A stretch of DNA of 63,727 bases, counting the filler, from Octopus bimaculoides (Eukaryota), in assembly GCF_001194135.2 (NCBI RefSeq). It is 5 parts of 5 records of this genome, joined end to end, with 100 filler letters (N's around TTAATTAATTAA, not from the genome) between each part and the next. Parts side by side here need not be neighbours in the genome. Positions count along the whole stretch, not along the records: positions 27,665 to 58,337 come from NC_068989.1; 4 more parts are not named here. One strand, 5' to 3'. The notes beneath the pieces were generated by a model. The model worked only from the letters and a program-made list of their open reading frames with translations. It made no database searches and was not told where the DNA came from. Below are positions 35,561 through 50,260 of this stretch, one piece after another. Made by a program: the position numbers and the translations under genes. How positions within the stretch are numbered: position 1 is the stretch's first letter; every line of letters begins with the position of its first letter.

Positions 35561-38061
35561 ATCTACCATGTAGCATAGGTTTATGCAGTATTCGCACTGG
35601 ATGTTATAGTAATCTACACCGTATTTTCCTTATTAATAGGTTATCCATGGCAGTCTCGAGCAGCACCACCGTTATTTTATATTCAATAGTAATACCCCTA
35701 TGTTATTGAGTATATAGTAATGTATAAATTACACACACAGAGGTACAGGTTCGCCAATAATTAGTGTACATCGAGGAGATTAACTCATGTCTGTGTTATT
35801 ATGTACTTCTTGAATACAGAAACGTAATTTGAAATATTTTCTATGGTAGGCTAGCTGATCATCTATGTGTACTCAAAACATACAGATCACCCTAAGATAC
35901 CATTTTGGACGTAGCATCAATGCATCTGTTCATTCATATATTGTACTCATTCACAATTAGCAGTAATATATATCAGAGTTACATTATGAAAGAGATCAGT
36001 TATATTTCTTCCGCAGACCAAGGTGACAACTTTGCTACCTTCCGTCTTTCTTCAGCCGTTTTATTTATTTCGTTAAGTCTGGTGATACGAACAATTGAGA
36101 TGTTGGAGCTTATTGGTTTCTTTTTTTCTTTGCATATAACATGCTAAAAAATTACTTTCATTTGAAGATGTGATAAAGGAAATATAGTGCTATGATTCCA
36201 AGTGTATAATGATATACGACATGCAATATATGACAAACCGTCGCTGACTCAATTATCCTCTCACTGCTAGATATTTCCAAAAATAACTAATTTGATTCTG
36301 GTGCTTGATTTTTCATCGATTTCCAACCATGAAATAACTTATGCCTTTGTACAGTCATGGTTCATGAAATAGCTTATGTCCTTGTACGTTCGTTAACGGA
36401 ATCATCAATAAGAGTTAATTTTTATTGTATCCATTCACCTTATAATTCTTTCTTTAGTATATACTGGCTTCACTACTTCGGTATGCCTTCTGTTATTACC
36501 TCATTATTTAGTGTTTCTAGCTTGCTAAAGCACTCCTTTAAGATGTGGGGCCTCTATATTCCATTTTTACACTGTCATATATCCATTCACACACACCTTG
36601 TTATCTTTGTGTTTATATATTTATCTACCTATATATATANNNNNNNNNNNNNNNNNNNNNNNNNNNNNNNNNNNNNNNNNNNNNNNNNNNNNNNNNNNNN
36701 NNNNNNNNNNNNNNNNNNNNNNNNNNNNNNNNNNNNNNNNNNNNNNNNNNNNNNNNNNNNNNNNNNNNNNNNNNNNNNNNNNNNNNNNNNNNNNNNNNNN
36801 NNNNNNNNNNNNNNNNNNNNNNNNNNNNNNNNNNNNNNNNNNNNNNNNNNNNNNNNNNNNNNNNNNNNNNNNNNNNNNNNNNNNNNNNNNNNNNNNNNNN
36901 NNNNNNNNNNNNNNNNNNNNNNNNNNNNNNNNNNNNNNNNNNNNNNNNNNNNNNNNNNNNNNNNNNNNNNNNNNNNNNNNNNNNNNNNNNNNNNNNNNNN
37001 NNNNNNNNNNNNNNNNNNNNNNNNNNNNNNNNNNNNNNNNNNNNNNNNNNNNNNNNNNNNNNNNNNNNNNNNNNNNNNNNNNNNNNNNNNNNNNNNNNNN
37101 NNNNNNNNNNNNNNNNNNNNNNNNNNNNNNNNNNNNNNNNNNNNNNNNNNNNNNNNNNNNNNNNNNNNNNNNNNNNNNNNNNNNNNNNNNNNNNNNNNNN
37201 NNNNNNNNNNNNNNNNNNNNNNNNNNNNNNNNNNNNNNNNNNNNNNNNNNNNNNNNNNNNNNNNNNNNNNNNNNNNNNNNNNNNNNNNNNNNNNNNNNNN
37301 NNNNNNNNNNNNNNNNNNNNNNNNNNNNNNNNNNNNNNNNNNNNNNNNNNNNNNNNNNNNNNNNNNNNNNNNNNNNNNNNNNNNNNNNNNNNNNNNNNNN
37401 NNNNNNNNNNNNNNNNNNNNNNNGACAATATTTCAAATGTTGCCACATCAATGCCAACTATACTCGCCCGAACGCCCAGCCGTTAACAGAACTGAGAACA
37501 GTGAAGAAGTTATCAATGAAAAATATTTCAATACAAATGTATTAATACAAATGTATTAATTTCCAGCAAAAAATAGCCCTATAAATTCATAAGAGTGGTA
37601 CAACAAGGCACCGATATTTACTGGACAATAGCAATCGATATAAATACGACGCTATTGTATAGCTTCACTGCGTATATACTGGCAAAAATGCGTGCGTGCA
37701 ACAAACATGAAAAAACTTGTCTTACATTTGAAATATTGTCTAGGTAAATGCAGTTGATGAGGACTAATCAGATTTACGTTGTGAAACGTATTTGAAGAGT
37801 CTGAAACCTTATCACTTTCAGCACTTATCACATATTCAGCACTTATCACTTTCATTCTAAAGTGCTTGCTCAGTGCGTTATGATTGCAATCTTTCATCCT
37901 ACACAAATCTGAACGCCATACATCCAATAATAGCAGTCCGGTGGAATTTCTTACATATGTTTTCTTCTGCTCCAATGCTGTATTCGCATCCAATCAGTCC
38001 TCTTTCCCTTTGTTTCTTGGTACACATTGTCTGTCCGTGTAACTTTTGTGATTCATATATA

Positions 38062-38139
<78 letters not shown>

Positions 38140-38618
38140 ACACACACACATATAATGTAGGCTATTTGCCAACATGATATGGCTGTCCTGAAAAGGACAA
38201 TATTACTGTTGTTTTAGCCCCAAGAAACATCGTTTCTAGCTGGCTATACGACACACTATCTCTGTTCTTATGTTTCCGGACAGGGAGCTCAGCACCACAT
38301 CTAGCGCAATAGAACAACTGCGGACTAGTTTCTGGGTTGTTGCACTTTATTAACACAGAGAAGCTACTTTGGCCAGATGGCATTGCTGAATTTATAGTTC
38401 GAACATACAGTTTTTGAAGGGACACACAGACACAGATCAAAACATAGAAATCTTATTATATCTAAATCTCTCAAAGAGAGACATTCAGTAAGAGATCTTT
38501 AGAGTAAAGGCTATTTGCCAACATAATGTGGTTGTCCAGAAAGGGGCGATGTTACTGTTGTTTTTGCTATTTCTTACATGCCCCTATTTTTAAGATATAT
38601 ATACATACACACGCGCGA

Positions 38619-38704
<86 letters not shown>

Positions 38705-41556
38705 GGAATATATAACAATAGCCAACATATGTTTTACTGCAGCGACTATACATGAGCGTTTGTACGCATGTATCTATGTATGTGTGTGTATGAGTGTGTG
38801 TTTCTTTCTCACTGTGTGCTTGTGTGTGTGTGTTTGTGTGTTTGTGTGTGTGCGTGTGTGTGTTCATATATGCATAAAACTTTATCTTTAAATATATTTA
38901 TGTTCCTGCATAGAAAAATATTACGTTATTCGCATAAAATTATATTCACATAAGATTATATTCGCATAACATTTTTTGAGGTTGTCAGAGTGTTATTTTC
39001 CCAGCATTAATCCTCTTCTATAATCTCATTTCCAAGTAAGGAGTGCGATTTTGCTTTTTCTTTGATGCACAAAGTATATACAAACGAAATTTGTGTAAAT
39101 AGTTATCTCGGATTTCATATGTTTACCTTGTCCGTTAACGGCTTCAAATGTATTTTTTGTTTTATGTTATATCGTGTACGAATTGTAATGACTTCATGTA
39201 AATGCATAGTGACCCTATGGGAGATATTCATCGGTATATTACCAATACAATAGTTAGTTGCAGTAGAAGTGTTTACAAATATTACTTTTATGGGTACATT
39301 CTCTATGCGTAATATATATAATTCGTAACATTGCATGTTTACGTTCTATCCCGTTTCGTATTACTGAATGTTATTACGCACAATATTACTGATAGGCTAT
39401 GATTTCCAGCTGTAGAAAGTTTGAAGACTACTCAATAACAGTGATGGTTAAGCATGAAAGTCATATAGCGCAAAGCGCTACCTACATTATATCTTCTGTA
39501 TAAGAAATGCAAATATTAATTCTGAAGCATAAACATATACAAAAAAATATTTGCATATGATTAAGTGTCAGACGACAGCTAATCGTTAGCACGTTTGTTT
39601 ACATATAACATGGTACGACAATTAAAAACAAGTATATAAACACACCATACATACAAAATTTTTCCATAGTGCAAGATGTGTGAATAGCAAAACTAAATAA
39701 CAGTATTAAAGTAGAAGGTGTGAGCGAAGATAAAAATATTTCAAACGTCTTTAAATTGTGTACCAAAAATACCTGCTCCGGTATTCTTTAGGAAATTGTG
39801 TTATGAGCTTCTTCTATTCGACATGAAAAGAAACAACATTTGTGATATATTATCGATGTTGTGGTTGCTTAGTTGGTGTGAGCCGATTAGTTAAAAATAT
39901 TTTGCCTGTCATAATGACAGTTCTTGGACGACGATCAAAAATCTGTTTACAGCTTACAAATGGTAACTGCTGTAGTTTTTGAAAATAGTTGTTTTGATGT
40001 TTGTTTCAAAAACCGATCATTTTATGTAACCATCTTTTTCAAAAACACGGCGCAAGTGTATCTTTTTCAGAGAAATGAAGGGTCATGTGGTAAGGAAACA
40101 TATCTGCTGGGATAACAAGATTTGTGTTTATGAAACTGATAACGAATAGTTCACTCCCTGATTTAGTCTCATACTCTAAAACTGTATAGAGAGTAAAATC
40201 CAGAGTAGTGTAATTATATACGAAATATGCATATTTATATGAGCGGTTTGTTCCTTTCACAAAATGTAGACATTGTGCTGATTATGATCAGACAATGTGG
40301 GAAATAAAATAAAGATGAAATTCAAAAATGTTTAGTTAATGATTATATATCCGGGCCTAAAAGGCGGAGTAATTCATAAGAAGTTCCATATACTAGGTTA
40401 TTTTACGTACTCTTTGAAAACCTGGTTTATCTTCAATTTTAGCTCCTGCTCCGCGCTAATGAGATTTGAATACTATAAAGTATTGGCTCATCTTCTATCA
40501 ACAAGACTGTTTGCTTCTAGTCAATATGATCTTAACTTTCTCTAGCGCAAAAAAGCCTTTGTTTTTCTGAGATCACTACTAAACTTCGATATCTCCCAAA
40601 ACAAAATATCAGTAATTCATTTAGTTATTCCAGTTGCAGTAGACATTTGTTCCCGTACTAGCTCCATCTTTTTAGCTGTTAATCTTCTTACCAAATAGTC
40701 AATACTATCGCACTAAAACACCGTACAATTCACAATTTCTGATGTTCATATTCAGAAAAATTTTCCTTGCATTCTTGAGATTGAGTCCTGCGCACTTTCT
40801 TACTGGGTGAGAAATCTAAGCATTAATCTAAATTTACTCCAACCGCATATAAATAAAATGTACTGTATTTGTAAATTGCTTACCAATTTTACTTACTATC
40901 TTCTACTGTTTTCTGAAGTACGACAATAAATCTGCTGAACCGGAATTTTTATTCAACCATTATACCTTCAGGCCCCACATTTATTGAAGCTGTTCTCGTT
41001 TAAGTCCTTAGAATGTACTTTAAAAATACATGACTTCTATTTCTAGCAGAAAAGGCATCAGTTTGAATGTTTTGTTCTTGGACTAAATGCGTTTCTTCGC
41101 GTCGGTGATATTTCAGTCATCATATCAGCTCTGCTTTCTAATTTTTATTATTTTCCTTTCTCGATCTGGCGTACTCTGTTCAATATTTATTGTATGATGT
41201 TAGTTCCGTTTAACTTTTAGACTTTGTCTTTTATATATATTTAAATCACTTTCTGAAATTTTACTTGTATTAATCCTGGGACTAGTAATATAACATCTAT
41301 ATATAGATAATTGGTATAATTCGGGTAACAGGGAGAGTTCTCAAGATTTTATAACATAATTCATTCTTTTTAATCGATTTGTGATGATAATTCTCTACTA
41401 TCAGACAATGAGATGTACTTTATTGATGTTATGAGGTATGTGTTTCGTTTATAGAACTCGAGGAACAGGCTTGTGGCCGTGTGCTGCAGGACACTATTGA
41501 AGGCTGTTGGACTGCAAATGTAGTACTGGGGTTCCGTGAACTAAATTTGAAATGTC

Positions 41557-41642
<86 letters not shown>

Positions 41643-43299
41643 ATTCTGTGAAAAATAAGGCAAAAAACTTTAGAATAATTTTTTCTTTCCTAATTTTTTC
41701 ATTCATAATTTTTTCCATTCATAATTTTTNNNNNNNNNNNNNNNNNNNNNNNNNNNNNNNNNNNNNNNNNNNNNNNNNNNNNNNNNNNNNNNNNNNNNNN
41801 NNNNNNNNNNNNNNNNNNNNNNNNNNNNNNNNNNNNNNNNNNNNNNNNNNNNNNNNNNNNNNNNNNNNNNNNNNNNNNNNNNNNNNNNNNNNNNNNNNNN
41901 NNNNNNNNNNNNNNNNNNNNNNNNNNNNNNNNNNNNNNNNNNNNNNNNNNNNNNNNNNNNNNNNNNNNNNNNNNNNNNNNNNNNNNNNNNNNNNNNNNNN
42001 NNAATTTATGTAAGATGTTTTTTGTATATAATATACATGTTATTATAATGGATGAAGGGATGATTATTGAATGGTTATTATTTTGATATTATGATATTTT
42101 TTAAATAATTTTTCTATCTTTATATAATAAGTATTTCATATTAATTCATTTGGTACTTATTGTTGGTTGAGATATATATCTAATTATTGTTCTACTTACG
42201 ATCTGACGAGTAGCTATATTTTTGAATAGAACTTATTTTCGATAATTTCAATTGATTTTAATCGATTTAAATTTCTTTTCTATTTGAAAATTGGTTATGA
42301 AACACGTGTAATCTTTTTATTATATTTATCTTATGATATTTAATTTAGTTTATATTATACTCATTTATTGTGCTTTTAATTATTAATTTTAATCTTTTAT
42401 AAATTGATTTTAATTGAGTTTTTTACCTGTAATTTTGGATTTTGTCCCTAATATTATTATTATATATGTATATATATATAAGTGTGTATGTATGTACGTG
42501 TGTGTGTATCTGCATATGCACATCCGTATGCACCTTCTTATAAAGCAAGCAGAAATGTCGCATAATCAGGCAATAAAAATCTACGTATCAACTTGTATAT
42601 TTGTATTTCTTGTGTGTTTAAATTGGTGGGAGAACATCATATAGTTTGCATATAATCCCTACAAGTTGCACGATTATATTTTCCCATCTATGCACTTTCT
42701 ACATGCAGTGCAGATTTTCGAATATAAATATGCAACTTACGTCAATCTACAGCATTACATAATGCACGCTCCCGAACCGTATGTTTCTATTGTATTACAT
42801 TTATCTGTATTGAAACATTGTACATAATTGTTAAGCTACTCACATAGCTGAGATTTCTTTATTCCAAATGTTGAAGTTCGTTGCAGTGCCCGCAAACAAA
42901 TAATACATTCGTTTAATAAGACCCCCATGCACACACACGCCTCTTCAAGATTTCGCACTGTAGGGTTTTCAATACGTAGTGAATATTTATGAACATGCAA
43001 ACAAAAATACCTGTACCTGTACTTACAACAGCATATAATACATCCTAACGAATACGTTCATTGTTATACTAATTTGTCATATTTATAATGCTAACTGTGA
43101 ATATAATACAATCCGTATTTGCCTCTGCCGGATGTGTCAGCGGGAAATAAATCGGTTCATTCTCGAATATACAGCCGACTGATGAAATATTACATACACA
43201 CGCACCCACACACATACGCACGCACACGCACACATATATATATTTAAACATATATAAACGTATATATATATAAACACACAAATGCATATGTATATGTGT

Positions 43300-43364
<65 letters not shown>

Positions 43365-43640
43365 NNNNNNNNNNNNNNNNNNNNNNNNNNNNNNNNNNNN
43401 NNNNNNNNNNNNNNNNNNNNNNNNNNNNNNNNNNNNNNNNNNNNNNNNNNNNNNNNNNNNNNNNNNNNNNNNNNNNNNNNNNNNNNNNNNNNNNNNNNNN
43501 NNNNNNNNNNNNNNNNNNNNNNNNNNNNNNNNNNNNNNNNNNNNNNNNNNNNNNNNNNNNNNNNNNNNNNNNNNNNNNNNNTATATATATGATATATAAT
43601 ATATATGTATAATTTAGACAAATATGTGCATTCGGCTATT

Positions 43641-44178
43641 ACCATGTTACCACAGGTATACAAATATTTTCACTTTTGAGTTATGCATGAAAGAACCATA
43701 TATTTGGGCTTAGAGTTTTTTATTGCTAAAACATGGTGAATGCATTTTTTATCATTTACTTTTTCCGTATGAAATATTCCATCGTTTAAATAGCAATGTA
43801 AAAATCATGTGAAATGCAATTTTGAATACTAAATTAGCCTTTGGGTTAATAACCTACAAAAGTTTACTGATATATTTATGCACTATTTCGCATGTTATAT
43901 TATTTTGGAAAAAACCCGGAAGAATGGGGTAAATGTAATCAACAATAATCTTAATCATATCTACAGCTAGGCCTATGGCAATGTTCACGCAGCTGTGAGT
44001 GTTATTCATCTGTAGCATGCTGTTATTGATGTCTGCAAGATTTTTTTCCGTTTTGGTACTTCTGATTTAAAAAAAAACAGTTTGAAATGACTGCGTAGTA
44101 AAATTCTAAACCAAAATATATGTTCCTTTCATGCATAACTCATAAGTAAAAATATATGTTTACCTGTGGTAATATGGT
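43641..44178. mobile_element. MITE-like element with ~78-bp terminal inverted repeats
   Basis: 43641-43718 versus the reverse complement of 44101-44178: ungapped, about 10 mismatches. The right end reads GG-TTAA. Confidence 0.7.
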
Positions 44179-44796
44179 TAAATATCTGTAATATAATATG
44201 CGGTTAAATATCTGTATTATAAACGAACTTCTATGCATAAAAACATCAATAGCCCAGATAAATTTAAATGTTAAAGATGAACGTTTTAGAAAGAAAGGAT
44301 TTGCATAGCTATTCGTTCTAATAATGGTAGGAAAAAAATACATTCATGTATATTTTCGGTTTGAGGAAAGGGATAGTGATATTGGTGAAGATATAGTCGT
44401 ATATGCACTATACCAGAATGAGGAAGTACAATGAGAGTTGTTAGTTCTGTAACTATCTTTGCTGATAGTTTTCTCCATTCGAGATGGCATGAAGCTAAAC
44501 AACTACAAAATCTATACAGTATATAGAAAAATGGCTTACATAGGGGTAACTTTCATGTAAAATACTCATACAGATTGAGTGTGTATGCATATATGTATGC
44601 GTTTCTCAGATAATATATACATGCCATACATTTACACACATAAACACACATCCGCACGCACGCACGCACGCGCATACACACACATGCACATACACACACA
44701 CACACATATATACACACATATATATATATCCGTATATATTTGTATATAATCATATATGCACATTTACATGCATACTCACACCTATATACACACACA

Positions 44797-44828
<32 letters not shown>

Positions 44829-45641
44829 NNNNNNNNNNNNNNNNNNNNNNNNNNNNNNNNNNNNNNNNNNNNNNNNNNNNNNNNNNNNNNNNNNNNNNNN
44901 NNNNNNNNNNNNNNNNNNNNNNNNNNNNNNNNNNNNNNNNNNNNNNNNNNNNNNNNNNNNNNNNNNNNNNNNNNNNNNNNNNNNNNNNNNNNNNNNNNNN
45001 NNNNNNNNNNNNNNNNNNNNNNNNNNNNNNNNNNNNNNNNNNNNNNNNNNNNNNNNNNNNNNNNNNNNNNNNNNNNNNNNNNNNNNNNNNNNNNNNNNNN
45101 NNNNNNNNNNNNNNTATATATATACAAAGATATACGTACATATATATACATACACATACAAGCGCGCGCACACATACACATATATAGTAAACATAGATCG
45201 CAGTATGTGTGTGTATAATGACTAACGCATATATTTCCACAATTCTCAACCGAGTTTCACCAAACTTTACGCACACATTGCTTATGTCCCAAGGGTTGTC
45301 ATGCACTATAACTTTTTGCCCAGAGATCCTGCGTAAGTTGACGTAAATGGACGGTGATTCAATTGACTAGGAACACTGTTCACGATGAATATCCAATACC
45401 AAATAATCTTACTCTATATATTTAAACTGCATTAAACTTTGGCAAGCTTACTTTTTACCTATTCTGAGTTACTTGAAAGATGATGTTCCCTTCTATCTCT
45501 TATATTTGTTGATATATTTCTTTACGCTTGATACCATTGTTTCACTTTAAGTCTTCTTCTTTACACATCCATTATGATACTTCGACCGTTGTCCATTGTT
45601 TTAGATACGTTATAGCATTGTCATTCTAGCCCTTTTTAAAC

Positions 45642-46028
45642 AGGAGTGGCTGTGTGGTAAGTAGCTTGCTTACCAACCACATGGTTCCGGGTTCATTCTC
45701 ACTGCGTGGCACCTTGGGCAAGTATCTTCAACTATAGCTTTGGTCCGACCAAAGCCTTGTGAGTGGATTTGGTGGACTGAAACTGAAAGAAACCCGTCGT
45801 ATATGTGCATGTGTGTATGTTTGTGTGTCTGTTTGTCCCCCCAACATCGTTGACAACCGATGCTGATACGTTTTCGTCCCCGTAACCGAACGGTTCGACA
45901 GAAGAGACCGATAGAATAAGTACTGGGCTTCCAAAGAATAAGTCCTGTGGTCGAATTGCTCGACTAAAGGCGGTGCTCCAGCATGGCCGCATTCAAATGA
46001 CCGAAACAAGTAAAAGAGTAAAAGAGTA
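45642..46028 (+). mobile_element. Full-length family A SINE
   Basis: tRNA head with A/B boxes, ccttgggcaag core and (aaagagt) tail. Confidence 0.9.
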
Positions 46029-46601
46029 ATCATATATGATTTGTCCCAAAGAATCAACGTTTAAATAAGAGGTTTCCTTCCACTAGCGAAAGCTATACGT
46101 ATCTTTCAGAAAGCTCCATACCAAAGTAACTTTATGTGGCATTTGCTGTTTGTTTATGCGTAGACAATGTGAGAAGACAGAATAAAGAGGATTTTGTTAG
46201 CTTATCTCTCCGAAAAATAGCTCTCTTTTCCGTTGAATAAAATAAACTCGCAGAAGGGAAGTTTCAATGTCTTCCTTCAATTTCCTTACACCATTTACAT
46301 GGCTGTTTCTGACAAGAAATTTCGCTTTCATGTAGAACAACTATATTTTGTAGTCTTTATCCGTAATCTACTCCCAAAACTCTTCAGTAGTTCTACGTTG
46401 CATCTCTTGCAAATTTATATGTTCTATGACCATTGAAGTGCAACGATTTCCACAATAACCAGCCTTCAATTTCATTTCAGTTCCTAGGTTAATCGGAAAC
46501 ATAGATTGACGTGCTACTCATAAACCTTCTAGGTAGTTCGATTATCGCGTGAAAAAATATCACCAGAGCAATGTAAACCGTTCAAAGGACGGGTGTGTTT
46601 G

Positions 46602-46668
<67 letters not shown>

Positions 46669-48139
46669 ATATGTATATATATAGATAGATTAAAAACTTC
46701 CTCTTTCAGAGAACGTGTGTTTGAGAAGGTTTAACGAAAGCGCTCACGCACTAGAAACATTCTTCCCCAAAAGGGTTAGTAGCATCCTTATAAAAGATTT
46801 CAGAACACTTTTTTAAAAACCAATTTTCTAAAAAAAAAAAATCAGCTTTACACTTCAAAAACTGTATTAAGTAAACCTCACAGACTTTCAGAAACACACA
46901 CGCACACGCATTCACACACGCACACGCACGCACACACACACACACACACACAAATATATAAATATAGGATATAGCGATGGAGAAAAAAGAGAGACAGACG
47001 GGCACGTATTATGCAAAATGTGATCTATTTAAATCATTATCCTAACTCTGGAGATATTAGCATGCACCAGTGCATGTACGAATTTCTACATAAAGACAAT
47101 TATATATACACGCATGTAACCGTACAGCTTCACATAGTCACGCTTGTCATCACTAATACATCATTACAATCGTGAAGATCATTGTTTCCTGTCCATGTTA
47201 GCATGAGTTGGAATTTCGTCTTAGAAATATTTTTGTCTTTTATTTCATAAACACACACGCACACACACTCATACACCCATGCCTATATGTATATGTGTTT
47301 GCGTACATAAATATATGTATGTATATTTATGTGTCTGTGTATATAAGTGTGTGTGCATGCATGTATATGATGCATATGTATGTATATGCTCCTTTCCTTA
47401 AATGGTTTTTACAATCCTTTCTTTTCACAATGTGTTTATATTACTTAATTTTATTATTTTACTTAACCACTATTTTTTGCTTTTATGCATGTCGAAGGAA
47501 CGATAATAACATTGAATGATTTCATTTTTAACTAAAGAAAAGGTAAATTTTGATTAAAGGGTGATTAATCTGATGTTAATAGGACTAACAACCATGTAGA
47601 AACATCTGTGTGTTCACGACAACGACGTTAATGCTCCCTTGGTGCTTTTCTGCTAGAACTGAATACAGCTTTTTTTTGTCTTGAGTTTCACGTATTTTCA
47701 GGGAATGGTATTAAATTTAAAATTTATTACATCTCAAGAAAGACATCACACCAAAATTCATTCTAAATCGATTTTTGACGGAGCAAAACACAGTGAAGAT
47801 TCTCATATTTGACAAGCACGCTTAGAACAAAGCAATTTTCTTTAGACGGGGTATATCTGAAAACGCTCTGTATGTATTTTGAGCAAACACTGTTGTGCTT
47901 CGTGTGTACTGTTGTTCATATGTCAATTTTAATATGATCAATAATTATCCTTCTCTTTCCCATTTAACGTAGTTAATTTGTACTCACCATCCATTCATTC
48001 CTATAATCATTTTAATAGCTTCTTGTATGATTTCGCTGAAATGGTCGAATGTGTAACTGTGATCCTGCGGTAAATACAGCAGCTGTTCTAAATTATTCCT
48101 TCAAACTTTAAACACCTGGATTACATTTTCCCCTTTTAT

Positions 48140-48720
48140 TCTATTTCTGTTATTACATTTTCCCCAACATCGGCATATACCTTATAGTCACTATTACAAA
48201 TATCATTGTCGTCATCCTCATCACTACTACCATCAGTAGAAGCGACAGCAGCAGCAGCTGTAGCTGCAGCAACAGCAGTAAAAGCATTTGCGGCGACAGT
48301 AATAGCAGTGGTGGCGGTGACAAGAAGGTAATAACATTTTCTACAAAGGTATTTATAGTGACAATGCCATAGCAGCAACATACCTAATCATAATCGTATT
48401 AACCCCCATCACCAGCAGCACCACCACCACCACCCTCCTACTCACTCTCATCATCATCATCAACGTCATCATCATCATCATCATAATCATCATAATCACC
48501 ATAAGGATCCTTGTCGTATCATTGTCGCCATCGTCCTTATCGTCATCATCGACATCATCGCCATAATGACCATGATCAGCACTATTGCTAATGTCATTTA
48601 TCTTAAGCGAGTATCACTGCTATGGTTCTTGTCATGAGATTGAAGAAAGAAACCAACAGTAACTTCAGCATCAACTGAAGCTGCAGCTTCGGGATCACCA
48701 GCATCATAATGAGCCGCTGC
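48140..48720. repeat. Degenerate trinucleotide low-complexity tract (GCA/CAC/CAT)
   Basis: Seen directly. Confidence 0.85.
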
Positions 48721-49289
48721 AGTAGGAATAGTACATTTGATATCTTACCCCTTTTAATTAACGCCATGAAATGATTTTAACAATTCTGTTAGATTTGTCA
48801 TACATTTTACGAGCTACGTATTCTCTCTCTCCCTCTCTGTCCCTCTTTCTCTCTCTCGCTCGTACGCGCGTGCACGCACTCACATACACATACGTGAGCA
48901 TACAGATAAATACATTGTGTTTCGGATTGTACTTAAGATTCATTCATTCGTACTTAATAAGACATTCTGTTATTTCTCTTGTAAAACTGTATCTATAGTA
49001 AGAAGCCACCTAAAGCGATACGTAAAATCTTATCGAATAATATGTACCATTCAGCAAGGTGCTTAATCTTTCTCTGTGAGCTGGTCCGCACATCATTTAC
49101 TAACGGCTCAGAAGCATTTTGATATGAGATTTTGTCAATGAAATTTATTAACGCTTTTTAACTAAAATTGTCTGCTTAATCTAAACTAATTACAGCAACA
49201 GCAGCAGTGTTAACATTAACACCATTATCACCACCTCCAAGAATAACAACAATAAGAACGATGGTGATAATAATAATAATAATTATTAT

Positions 49290-49324
<35 letters not shown>

Positions 49325-49349
49325 TGATGATGATGATGATGATGATAAT

Positions 49350-49515
49350 TTCTACTATAGGCACAACACCTGAAATATGAGGAAGAGGAATAGTCGATTC
49401 CATCGACCCCCGTACTCAAGGCTACTTATTTTATTGACCCCGGAATAATGAAAGGCATTTCGACCACGGTGGACTTTGAACGCAGAAAGTAAAGACAGAA
49501 GAAATGCCGCTAAGT
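49350..49515 (-). mobile_element. Family C SINE
   Basis: Core similarity; follows an (AAT)n(GAT)n tract. Confidence 0.65.
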
Positions 49516-49538
49516 TTTTATCCTGAGTCTTAACTTAA

Positions 49539-49758
49539 CCCGTTGGCATCCATGGTTTGCATTCTAGGACCAGAAGAGTCCTTCATATTTCTGCAACACC
49601 GGTACTTTTCTGAGATATCTTTAGTTAGTCATCAAGACTGGAGTGTTTTTCAAGTATTGTAATAATTTTTATATATATATATTTAGTATAAGATAAAGTT
49701 ATATAAAAAAAAAGATTTTTGTTAATAATTGAAAAAAAAAAAATTGGGCACTAATGGG
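49539..49758. mobile_element. piggyBac-type MITE (220 bp)
   Basis: TTAA at 49535-38 and 49759-62; termini CCC...GGG; imperfect ~13-bp TIRs. Confidence 0.65.
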
Positions 49759-49779
49759 TTAATAATGATAATAACAATA

Positions 49780-50260
49780 ATGCTCCGATGCAATACCGCG
49801 CAGAATTTCTCATGGCTTTTACTGATTGCTTTGCTTTTTTTTTTAATATTAACATGTACATGCTTTGAGTTGGTGTAAGAGGTGGCCTATAGCGAATATT
49901 CTGCTCAATACCTCAGATTTGCTTTTCAGCTGCTTGACTTTAATCGTCAGACCATGTCTTTTAGTGGCTGATGATATGTGCATCTCTGACCATAGGCAGT
50001 GTTGGTGGACATGCATCATAACAATGCGTTTGTGAGGAATTCTTTGGGATTTGAATAATTCAGCCCTAAAAACATGGGTGTTTCTGTCATCATCCTTAAA
50101 CCCTTTTCATGGACCCTTTGAGTAGGATGCGCTACTCGACCTGAAGAATATTCTAACTGGGATCCACCTGCAAAGTCATGCGCTATTTATCTTGATATAA
50201 GGTCACCGTATCAAGCACGCATGACTGTGATGGAAGTTCTTGTAACATTACCAGACGGGG
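49780..50260. repeat. Unclassified interspersed repeat; inverted fragment at 50895-50930
   Basis: agcaaatctgaggtattgagc occurs at 50.9k and as its reverse complement at 49.9k. Confidence 0.45.
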
